A stretch of 63,588 bases of DNA, the filler included, from Octopus bimaculoides (taxonomy: Eukaryota), in NCBI RefSeq assembly GCF_001194135.2. It is 6 parts of 4 records of this genome, joined end to end, with 100 filler letters (N's around TTAATTAATTAA, not from the genome) between each part and the next. Parts side by side here need not be neighbours in the genome. Positions count along the whole stretch, not along the records: positions 14,059 to 33,530 come from NC_068985.1; positions 33,631 to 35,535 come from NC_069004.1; 4 more parts are not named here. The stretch is one strand, 5' to 3'. Shown one piece after another: positions 24,460-35,381 of this stretch (its first letter is position 1; every line of letters begins with the position of its first letter). The position numbers and the translations under genes are program-made. The notes beneath the pieces were generated by a model. That model was given only the letters and a program-made list of their open reading frames with translations. It searched no databases and was not told the origin of the DNA.

Positions 24460-26380
24460 CATGAGTTTATGTGTGTGTGTGCTTCTATGCGTATGCGTAC
24501 AATAGGGCTTTAAATGATTGATTGACTGAGTAAGTATAATAATCCATATCTCGCAAATGTAATAAAAATATTTCACCACGTTAAGCTTCAGCACAATGCT
24601 CAATGAAGATTAACAAACTAGAGATAGTAATAATATAACAGATTAGCCCGAGTGATAATGCACGGGATAATGAAAAGAAAAATGTCGTTATTTTACTTAT
24701 TCTCTTGCTACAACGCAATCTACTTAGCAATGTTTATGAGAAGTTTTCTGAATTTTACAATAATTAACACAATATTTCCAATTATATTTTTATTCGTCAT
24801 TTACAATCCCGCAGGAAATGTATCCTGAATTGTCAGTTCAAAGATTTATTTATGCAGTTCATTTTATCGAGAAACCTATTAAAGTTATATTTCTAGAATT
24901 ACAATTCTTATCAAGTGTATAATGAAAAATAATCATTAAGCTGAAAGATTATAACGCTTAATTACTAATATTATTGATTAGAAAATGTGCTTACGGGTTG
25001 CCTACGTCATAGTTGTTGCCGTCTCAAAATTATCCATGGTCATTTAAGATGGTTCTTGGTTGAATTATATGATCTTAGCATTTCTTATGCTCTGGTTGTC
25101 CTTTGGGCTACAAAAGTTGTAGTTTATCATGAACTCGCAATATATGGAAGGACAGGTGATGAAAACATACAGATCGCCAACATACCACTCTACGTGAAAC
25201 AGGCCAGACTTGTAGCGATGTTGGAGGAGCACGAAGAGGATATAGCACTCAAATCCAAACTGAAGCAAAGTAAAACAGATAAGTCTCTGAAGTTTTAGTG
25301 TTGGTTACACGCGAGGATCTGTTGGTATCCTAATCCATCTTCCTTTCAATGAGTGCGAAGAAATGCGAGAAGTAATAAAGAAGAACCTTAACATATTTCA
25401 TATGTGACAAAACAGTTTACCTCAAGAATTTCTACTCAATAGGAAAGAAAACTGCAGAGCGTCACTAAACATTACTGCTTCCAACGCCTAATGTTCAAAG
25501 GGATCGGCTGTTACAGTATCGCTGTTTTCCTCCATGCACTTGGTTTCGAATGTGTTTTCGGAGGCTGGATTGCTACAATATAAAGTAATATCTATTCAGA
25601 AGTCAAAATACCTGACCACCACTCGAACCGTTCAAAAAAAGTACGTTCGCACCGAGAATACTCCTGTTTTTTTTTTTTCTGGATGTATTACTACAGGGGA
25701 TGGGGACTTTAAAGGGTATCCCGCTCTAACTGATGCACAAGAAAGCCAGGCTTGCTTACGTGCAGATGTCATTGTTATGATGTCGGACACTTCGGAGAAT
25801 AATCAACTGGTGTGAGAATACTTCAGGAATAATCAACTTGCGTGAGAGTACACACTAACCGGAATAATTCTGTGGGTTTGCAACTCATCCCCTGATAAAG
25901 TAAATTCATCTGCCAGTGGTAATATTTGTCGTTGGATAGAGGGGACACACGACTATCGTAAACGAAGTAGTAAGATGAACTCATATGAGAGTTTTGGATG
26001 ACGAGAATGTTCTTCTCTGACCAAACTCAAAGCAAATTCTTCAAGAGGAAGGTGACCGCAGAGAGAAAGGTTGCTACCATCTTTAGTAGGTGAAAGTTGT
26101 GGAGACAGTGAAGATAAATGAACCCACTCTTAGTATGCTTTTCTGAGAAAGAGGAAAGAAACAGGCACAACGCACATTTGATGCCGTGGATGTAACGAAG
26201 TAGTCTGGGCGTTTATTAGGATATTCCTCCGAATGACACTAAACAGCCTTTCTCTTTAATGGAGGAAATTTTGTTGAAATTCTCCTTATCCCTTTCGTTC
26301 ATTTCTGTTATTGTAATTTTTGTTTTCCTCAAAGAAATTGGTACTAACATCAACAGCAGTACTACTGCTACTGCTGCTGA

Positions 26381-26444
<64 letters not shown>

Positions 26445-28902
26445 GTAACCGTCACTGACTTGTCACTGAGAACAAGATTTATTGAGCCACTTGTAACTGA
26501 ACTGAGAGAAGCAGCATATTGTTAAAAGCGGAATTTTCTGCATTCTAGGTTTTGACGATACTATCAGGCGATTCAATGACTCCAGGACTTGACAGATAAT
26601 TAGTTTTTCAGCCCTGGACGAATAATAAAATCAGAAAACATCAAAGTTGTAATTCAGAATCCTATGCATTCCATCCTTCCTGATAGGGACTTTCCTGGTT
26701 AACATGGGTTTCTCTAATATGACGATGATAATGGTAGCTTCAGGAATAGCAGACAAAATGCGTTGCCTTATTTAGATCCTCCTTTTTACGTACTATGTTC
26801 AAATTCTACCTGCATAAAATTTTCCCTTCATCCTTTAGGAATCGAGAAATCAAAATATTAACCAAATACCGGAGTCGTTTGCATCAACTTTTTCTTCTCT
26901 GCACAACCCTAAAAATATCGATGAATTTGTGCAATTTATTATAATTATTATAAATTATATATCAATATCAATATATTTATATATATATATAATAATAATA
27001 TTAGGAATAAAAATCTAAAATTACAGGTAAAAACTCAATTAAAATCAATTAAAATCAATTTATTAAAAATTAGAATTAAATTCACTTATTAATTTTTCTA
27101 TATGTGACAGTGAATTTTCATCGATGAGTTCATGAACCTTGGTTCTTTTCCCTAAAATTATATATATATGTATATATATATATAATGCAACTAATATGTG
27201 AGTATATATATCTATATATATATATATATATCTATATATATATCTATATATATAGGCGGTGACAAACTAATTAATCATTGACTGTGCATAACAATTTACA
27301 AATTGTTAAAATAATATAAGTTTAGGAAATTACATAATTACATGGGTTGCATGTAATTAATATAAAAGACAACATTAGTTTTAACTGTCGGTTTATTTAA
27401 TCCCATGTCACCTTCGATCATGATTGTGCAGATATTCGATCAAAAATGTTTGCCCACCCACATCCTGCATTCAGACTTAAGATAAACTGACATATATGAT
27501 AACATACCAACATCGACTATATTATATGTGTTGTTCTTTTCATAGGATTTGTTGGCTGTTTTTAAAACAAATATAGCAGTCATGTGTAAAGGTTCCTCAA
27601 TGGATAATGATTCCAAAGCATTCATGAACACGAGCACAATAAAAACATTTCTTTAAATTGTTGATAATTTTGCCACGGTATGATATTTCAATTGCATGAG
27701 TGTTTATTTCGATTCTTTGTTTACTTGTATTATTCGTTTTACAGGATTCCATGGCAAGAATAACATGGACATGGCCAGAGTTGACTACATTTCAGACTGT
27801 TTCTACGATATCATGGATGACTACATGAGAATGTACCAGGACAACAATGGAAGAATGATGGTTTGTATAATAAACGATATAATAATGAAATAAAACGAGA
27901 GAGTGTATGAAAGCATTGATTGAATTAATTCTATAAAATTTGATAAAAATATTCAAAATTCTGGCTAATTCTCTTTGAAGCGAATTTAATATGGTGTTTT
28001 GATGTTGTTTCAAGTAATGTGATGAGAGCAATAATTAAATAGTTATTGTAACACAATTGACTAAACATGAATTAGTGAGGCATATTGCTGTTGCCGATAT
28101 AATATTATTTAAAAATGTAATAACTATAGTTATAATAACTGTGTTATTACTAAGCTTAACCCCATATCATTCGTTTTACTAATTAAAAAATAATTTATTT
28201 TGGGATTTTTACGGAAATTGTGAATTATTTCAATTATATTCTTTGTGAATTTTTAAGTCTGATTTATTTTAACTGTTAGGTCACTAGAACGTAAACAAAT
28301 CAATACTAATTTTTTAGCTGGGAGGATGAACACAAGAACAAACACATTCAGATATATGCATAGACATAAACACACACACACACATACGCACACACAATAC
28401 ATATGCACATAGGTACATGTGTATGTGAGAGAGAGACGGGTTTTTACACTGTTTCTTATTTCTTTATTGCTCACAAGGGGCTAAACATAGAGGGGACAAG
28501 CAAAGACAGACAAAGGGATTAAGCCGATTACATCGACCCAGTGTGTAACTGGTACTCAATTTATCAATCCTGAAAGGATGAAAGGCAAAGTTGACCTCGG
28601 CGGGATTTGAACTCAGAACGTAACGGCAGACGAAATATCACTAAACATTTCGCCCGGCGTGCTAACGTTTCTGCCAGCTCGCCGCCTTCATACACTGTTT
28701 CCATCAATCAAATTTGGCCGGGAATTATAGTGAAAAGCAATTGCTCAAGGTGCTACGCAATAGAACTGTACTCGAAAACACGAGGTTCCAGCTAAGCTAC
28801 TTATCCCAAACAGTAATGCCTACCTATGTTTTCAAACAACTAATACATAAATATATGGGGACACACATACACACACATACACACACAAACACACACACAC
28901 AC

Positions 28903-28933
<31 letters not shown>

Positions 28934-31900
28934 GTTCTCGCTACATCTTCTTTTCCACTACCTCCGATAAATCATAAGTTTTTAAGTTCGCAACTGGTTG
29001 TGATGGTTTATTGGTTTGCATGTATGTAAGGCATTTTTTAGAAATTATTTCGTGCTTACTAGTATCAAACTTATATACTCATAACATTATTGTTTCTTTA
29101 TTTTCAGTTTCAACGATCAAACAGTATGAACATCTCTGTAAGTATACTGGACTGGTTTAACTTCGTTACTTCTCTCTTCCTTGTTTCTTTGTATTTTTCC
29201 TTTTACATACGCCTACTTCTCGTGCCTTTTTATATGTGTACGGGCTTGTTTGCACGTATGTATGTGTCTATGCATCTGTTTGAATGTGTGAATCTGCCTG
29301 TATTTTCATGCGTGACTCTGTGTACGTTCCTGTGTTTGCATGTGTATATGTATTTAGGAACCTGTTTTTAACATATCCGTATGTGTGTGTGTAAGTACAT
29401 ATGTATACATCTGTGTCTGCATGCGAAAATGTGCGTGAATCTCTGCTTGCATGCGCGTATGTTTATACGCAAATGTACATGTGTATGAACATGCGTTTGT
29501 ATGTGAGTGTTAATGATTTTGTTAAGTTGAACAAAATCATATCGCCCACTGCTAAGCAATTAATTTTCTCCGGCTATCCATTAAAAAGACGAATATTTAA
29601 TTACAAGGCGGGAAGCCTCTTCTTTGTCAGTTGAACTGCTAGAAATAACACCCCAAATCATCTTCAAATCAATCTCCAATGTTTAAATTAGGGATGCCAC
29701 ATTCGATAACATTGTCCTAGATTAATCTATACGATACTCTTGTCCGAATGAAAGTACGTAACTTATGGAAATTTATTCCACAAATGAGTAAATGAATTCT
29801 ATGTGGAATTACAGCTCACTTTCAGAAGAGCTAAAAGGCTGTATACAACTAATGTTTCATCGACAGGCACAGAGAAGGAGAGTTATAAATTCGTCGAATA
29901 CAATGCACCAATCTACAGTATATTCCGTGATAGGGCCACTGCAGCTAAATGGAGCTTCCGGTGACGTCACATTGGTAAAACATGTGAAGTTATGTTGCTT
30001 TCTATGGTAACATATATACATTTAGATATACATTGATACTTTTGATTCTAAACTCAGATAATACAACAGTGACAGTTTTGACTTTAAGAGTAGATACAAG
30101 AGAAATTCTAAATTAAATTTATCAAATCCAACATGGTTGTGTTACATGGTTTGTCGGAGCGGGAAGAATCAAAGATAACGTCAACTTAAGCTGTATTTGA
30201 ACTAAACAAGATAGCAAATTAGCAGCCGTAAATGATGGCAGGTACTCATTTAATCTGGCAGTCTTTTAATCTACTCTCTTCTATAGATTAAATCATACAG
30301 GGATTCATTAATATACTATAACCTGAACTAGAAAGCGTTAGTGAGCTAAATTTAAGCTCTTAATACAGCCGAGCCAGAGTCCAGTTTCGACTTCCTCTAA
30401 AAGTCACTTCAGAAAACCTCGGTCGCAATATCAAGGTCCCTTTCTCTAATACTATATGTTTGATGAGGGACCGTAGAGACCCATCAAATGCTCGGTGGTA
30501 TTTTCATTCATATAACTTTTCATTTAAAATTTAATCTCAAAGGACAATCTTCAGCATTCTTCGCTTGTAAATTGGAAGCATTACATTCCGCATCATATTG
30601 CAGTATAACTGATTTATGCGGAGTTGCATTACACTAAAATTTTCGGATTGAACTTGTAACTCCTTGGTTCATTAAAACATAAAATTATTAGAACGAAGTT
30701 AGAAATACATTTTAATACCTAGAAATTAAACGAGGCGCTGAGCTTCAAGATTCGTTAGGAGCATTTGGAAAAATGGTCTGTGGCATTACTTCCGGCTTCT
30801 TATTTTCCAAGGAGGAGTGTTGCCGACGTTAGTTTTGCCTCTTGTGTAAATACAGTCGAGTAAAAGTTAAATACTAGCGTCGGTCGCATTGACTTACACA
30901 CTCTTTCTAAGACTGCTGATCTTGTACTCAAAAGAATTTCAATACTTAACTTAGAATTCAAAGAAGATTCAACACAGGATTGTTATGTGATAAGTTGTTG
31001 ATTCATGTGATGTCAGAATGCATATTATTGGGTACCAGTGATTGAGATCCTCATAATATAATTAACTGCTGACCATAGATATTATTGAACAAACTGGGAA
31101 AATATATTTTTTTAAAATTCAGCATCCATCTGCAGCATGTCATTCTTGGTAAGTAGGATGTCACGTATGTAACTCAGTCTATCGAAAAACTTCAATTAAC
31201 TGAGATTGCTTTCATTTATCAAAATGAAATATAAGTACCATGAAATATATCCACTATATTTAATAGCTCAATTATTAACTCATCTTTAAACCCCAATAAA
31301 TTATAACAATGAAATTGATATTGGTGGGGTAAATATGTATCCGTGTATGTATGCATGTATATATGTATGCATGTATGTATGCATGTATGTATGTATGTAT
31401 GCATGTATGTATGTATGCATGTATGTATGTATGCATGTACGTATATGACAATATGGCTAAAACGATATTTCGGAGCAACGTACTTAGAATAGTATAAAAC
31501 TAGAAATTTTACAAGTAATTTCAAATTTAATTAATTTATTCATGCTATGCGGAGGCAACAAACTACATGTAGAGGTGCTAAAAAAAAAACAGTTTAGAAG
31601 CTAAATCTAATTAAATGTAGCAACCTAAATCTTTGGAATATAAAGTCGGTGCAAAAGGGAATGGTCTTGTTTATAAAACCAATTGGTTAAAGTAACAGAT
31701 ATGTTTCGCTCATATTGAAACCTCCTCAGTAGGAAATATTCCACTCAGCTGACTTAGAGTTATAAACAATCAGTTTATATGTATTGGGAAGGAATATAAC
31801 ACAGTAGAGTAGGATTTCGTATACGTAATACATTGCATTGAAAACTTTGATTAACAAGGATTACCAAAGTCACTAGTACAAGAATGTTCCTTGTATGCGT

Positions 31901-32694
31901 TTTAAAATAAACTAAAAATAAAAATAGCAACAGGAATCAAACCACCTTTATTTTCCAAATAATTTGGTTAACCGAATCATATTCCATTCATATCCTTTGA
32001 CTGCTGCAATATTTTTTATTCTAGACACTCATAGAAGGTGATTTTTTTTTTTTTTACTGAGAGTGCGGATGATTTAAGTTTATAGGAAATATTAAAATCA
32101 ATAACTCGTGTGCATTTGGTTGAAAAATCGTATACAGAGATAATTCTCTCAAACATATTGTTGATCATCGGTGCGGTGTGGCGACATAAATTGTACTTAC
32201 CTCATGTACCCAATGACTCTCTGAAGGTCATGTCGATATGACATTGAAGAATCATCTGGCGGTTCGTCAGTTCGTGACTGGTTGCTGGCACCACGCTTTG
32301 TTCAAGGCCTTCACTGGAACTCTTTCAACAGCCCAAAAATATGTAAGCAGGAGTCTAACAGTGGTATCGTTCTGTGATGTGAGCAGCTGCTATGTTGTAC
32401 GCGTTGACATGTGTTTCATAGAATAAACAAAATAAATGTGCGAAGGAAAAACGGGAAGAAAGAAAAAAGGAAAGGAAGTAAGGAAAAAGGAATGAAAGAG
32501 CTGAATGGTTTAACGTTTTGAATTATTCTGCTTTTAATTTAACTTTTGGTGTTATTCTACTTTTTAATTTAACTTCGTTTTATTAGTCTGAGAGGCGTAT
32601 GCGATTCCAAGAAACCTGCAGAAGAATTCTTCCCTTCATGGAAAGAACACTGGAAATGCGTAACGGTGGCAACCAATTCTTCATGGGTGATCAT
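20232..32694 (+). CDS. S-crystallin (sigma-class glutathione S-transferase-derived lens crystallin), 5 of an expected 6 exons; partial protein of 161 aa
   Basis: join(20232-20364,24243-24338,27745-27860,29108-29137,32587-32694) = 483 nt. All introns are GT-AG with compatible phases (1,1,0,0). Translation: [161 protein letters not shown], which I recognise as cephalopod S-crystallin. Confidence 0.96.
22767..23067. repeat. Old tandem duplication of an about 160-bp unit in S-crystallin intron 1
   Basis: Units start TCATCTTTCA at 22767 and 22929; shared GCATTG, TAGTTCACA, TTTATATTTT and TAACGTCAACCAAG blocks. Confidence 0.8.
23145..23765 (+). mobile_element. Three head-to-tail family B SINE copies/fragments, with a (TTA)n tract at 23455-23527
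   Basis: Repeated GGGGTCGATA..., GTTCAAATTC and TGGCCTTGTGCC blocks; full head GGCGGCAAGCTAGGCAGAATCGTTAGCA at 23529. Confidence 0.85.
24243..24338 (+). CDS. S-crystallin exon 2
   Basis: Acceptor gcttttgcAG; (K)[31 protein letters not shown](G), containing the cis-Pro and QS glutathione-binding motifs; donor TTCG|GTAAGA. Confidence 0.95.
26376..26445. repeat. (CTA)n microsatellite
   Basis: Direct reading. Confidence 0.95.
27745..27860 (+). CDS. S-crystallin exon 3
   Basis: Acceptor cgttttacAG; (G)[38 protein letters not shown]; donor ATG|GTTTGT. Confidence 0.95.
28440..28690 (-). mobile_element. SINE family B, near full length
   Basis: Minus strand GGCGGCGAGCTGGCAGAAACGTTAGCA...GAGTTCAAATCCCGCCGAGGTCAACTTTGCCTTTCATCCTTTC; closely matches 60722-60930. 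Confidence 0.9.
29108..29137 (+). CDS. S-crystallin exon 4 (30-nt micro-exon encoding the variable inter-helix loop)
   Basis: Acceptor ttctttattttcAG, donor TCT|GTAAGT, phase 0-0. [10 protein letters not shown] bridges RMM and [11 protein letters not shown] as in octopus long-loop S-crystallins. Confidence 0.88.
32587..32694 (+). CDS. S-crystallin exon 5
   Basis: Acceptor cgttttattAG; [36 protein letters not shown]; donor CAT|GTAAGT. Confidence 0.95.
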
Positions 32695-33289
32695 GTAAGT
32701 AAATTTTCATTTATTTTCTTCGATATTATTGTTGCTTCTGAGAGTCGCGAACAGGTAAGACATTGGAGTATGTATTACTATTATCAACGGACTAGATCAA
32801 GTTATAATATTGTTATTTCAAAAAAATCAAAATTCAATCAGCTAGGATTATCTGAGCATTTAATAGGAAAAAGATGCAAAAAACCCCAAACCAAAAAACA
32901 TCGCTTCCCTGTATGCGTGATTAAATCCTAAAATTATAAGCCAAGACTAATAACGTTCAATAAGATCAGCTCATCGAGTCAGTTTTTCAATATAGAAAAA
33001 AGCAGATTAAAGAGAATTGAGAGAATAAATTGAAACCGACAAAGATGTTTCATTCTTAGTTAACCTATGTTTTTATATGCGTATATGTATACGCATATAT
33101 ATATGTAGGTGTATGTTTATATACATACATATATTTATATGCATAAGCATGCACATATGTATATGTATGAAAACAGGAACACACACACGCATATATATAT
33201 ATATATATATAATACAAAGAATATATATACATGTATACACACATATATGTACATACTTACATCTACATGTGTATATATATGCATATCAG

Positions 33290-33530
33290 GGTACAGGACG
33301 TTAGAACAATGAACTACAGACAACGGAACGAACACATAGGAAAACGGAAAGCCACTTGGAATATTCCTTCATCAGCTGCTTCTATTCTAACCTGACGTTT
33401 CGAAGATAAGGCAGAACGTACTCTAGAATAGTCTCTTCCTGAGTAGTGGATCAACCCACTACACAGAGGATTCCAAGGTGGCAAACACGAACCAAGACAG
33501 GAAAAATTGGACAGTGAAAACAACATTCAA
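33290..33530 (-). mobile_element. Penelope-like element terminal (pLTR) fragment
   Basis: Minus strand CGAAACGTC and CTGATGAAGGAATATTCC, typical of PLE ends; truncated by the gap. Confidence 0.55.
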
Positions 33531-33630
33531 NNNNNNNNNNNNNNNNNNNNNNNNNNNNNNNNNNNNNNNNNNNNTTAATTAATTAANNNNNNNNNNNNNN
33601 NNNNNNNNNNNNNNNNNNNNNNNNNNNNNN
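33531..33630. other. 100-bp placeholder scaffold gap (N44-TTAATTAATTAA-N44); the same structure occurs at 13959-14058, 35536-35635, 58297-58396 and 61747-61846
   Basis: Identical 12-mer centred in identical N runs five times; an artificial all-frame stop linker, so the true gap size is unknown. Confidence 0.95.
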
Positions 33631-33920
33631 CTTATTCTATCGGACTCTTTTTGCCGAACCGCTAGGTTACAGGGACATAAACACACTAGCATCGGTTGTC
33701 AAGCAATGCTAGGGGGACAAACACAGACACACAAACACACACATACACATATATATATATATATACATATATACGACGGGCTTCTTTCAGTTTCCGTCTA
33801 CCAAATCCACTCACAAACTTTGGTCGGCCCGAGGCTATAGTAGAAGACACTTGCCCAAGATACCATGCAGTGGGACTGAACCCGGAACCTTGTGGTTGGT
33901 AAGCAAACTACTTACCACAT
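33631..33920 (-). mobile_element. tRNA-derived SINE family C
   Basis: Minus strand GTGGTAAGTAG (A box), GGGTTCAGTCCC (B box), CTTGGGCAAGTGTCTTCT...TGTGAGTGGATTTGGTAGACGGAAACTGAAAGAAGCCCG; related pieces at 44080-44450 and 60990-61105. Confidence 0.85.
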
Positions 33921-34439
33921 CGCAAATGAAAAATTTTCCACTTTCATTTTATGATATAAGAATACTGAAAATAATATTAATAATGTTTTTAATTTTGGTA
34001 CAAGGTCAACAATTTTGAGAGGAAACAGGGGTTAATCGATTATATTGTGTCCGGTACTTGAGTGGTACTATATCGATCAGGAATTTGAACTGAGATCATA
34101 AAGAGGCGGGGGAAATGCTGTAGAACACTTCTTTTGTTTCGACTCTCAAACGATTCTGAGCAATTCGCAGTCGTAAATAAAATAAAATGTTAATAAAAAA
34201 AGTATTTGGTAAACGCTGAGGAGGAATTAATAAATGTTGAGAAAAAAAATAAAGAATTTTCGCTCTCAGTTTCATCACGTGGTGAGTTGGAGGTGAATTA
34301 TGTGAGTTGCTTCCCTTGAATGTTATTAAGATTGTTGTTTGCGTTGGAAGTGTAACGGAGTCGGACGGGTTATTTCAGAATAAGAAAGACTTCACCTGAA
34401 AAAAAGATATCATTGTTGATCAGTAAGAAAAAAAAAACA

Positions 34440-34863
34440 ATGGTGTTTCGTAAAAAATACGATAACCATGCTGGTAATAACAAAGAATATGTTCATGTGT
34501 TACAGGAAAATGCAGAAAACGATAGCAGACTGGGCTACACGCTTTTAGTTATTACATTACTTACTCAAGTTGGAGTATTGTCGATCGGATATGATTTGGG
34601 TATAAATTCAGGAGCCGTGCTTTTGGTCGAAAACTCGAAATATATGCCTCTGAATCCATTATGGCAACAGCTAATAATTGCTGGAGCTTTACCTTCGGCG
34701 ATCGTCATAACCTTGTTTGCTTCGCAACTTAGTGATATTATCGGACGAAAACGAACAGTCATGACAGCTGCTGTTAGTTATATTGTAGGAGCGATCATTA
34801 GCGGAGCGGCTGTGAATCGAACCATGCTTTTGATCGGTCGACTTGTCATAGGATGTGGTCACG
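34440..34863 (+). CDS. SLC2A13: First coding exon of a sugar-porter (MFS) transporter, most like the H+/myo-inositol transporter
   Basis: MVFRKK...GYDLGINSGAVL...WQQLIIAG...SDIIGRKRTV...MLLIGRLVIGCGH(G). Contains the GYDxG TM1 motif, the D-x-x-GRK loop motif and the TM4 GRLxxG motif; phase-1 donor CACG|GTGAGA at 34864, where the next HMIT residues are (G)IASMTVP. Divergent, so it may be a paralogue rather than the orthologue. Confidence 0.8.
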
Positions 34864-35273
34864 GTGAGATGCTTTTCACTTTTGACTTTAATTTTTTTAA
34901 TTCTTATTTTTTGTTTCGTTTTGCAACCCCGACACGTTCCTTATTATTTTCTCGATGTTTCCATCTATCTATTCATCTGTCTGTCTATCTGTGTGTCTAC
35001 TTATTTCCTCTACACACACACACACATAGATATTCATCCATACGGAACATTCTCTTTTTCAGCTGCCGACTACAATGTGCTGCTACAATATTGCCAATCT
35101 GCTGATGTAATCCCCGGCATTTCTGCTTCCATGACGACAGTTAGCCCCGAGTGCGCATATAGTCATATACATACATACATACATACACACACACATGCAT
35201 ATTTGTGTATGTGTGTGGTGCCAAAACGTGTTGCTCCGCATGGATATTGCAGGATGTTCCTGATTAAATTCCG

Positions 35274-35275
<2 letters not shown>

Positions 35276-35340
<65 letters not shown>

Positions 35341-35381
35341 ATCTCTCTATCTCTCTCTATCTCTCTATCTCTCTCTCTCTC
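35276..35381. repeat. (CT)n/(CTAT) microsatellite
   Basis: Direct reading. Confidence 0.95.

Noticed and set aside
26216-26525. Poly-Val/poly-Thr ORFs
   Set aside because: (CTA)n microsatellite within intron 2.
34864-35105. C-terminal 90 aa of the 230-aa ORF 34413-35105
   Set aside because: Intron read-through after the donor at 34864; the upstream start is a TTG, not the likely ATG at 34440.
35063-35160. GISASMTT after a good acceptor, as a candidate transporter exon 2 (expected GIASMTVPxYIAE)
   Set aside because: Preceded by about 18 unrelated codons and not followed by PxYIAE; probably coincidence.
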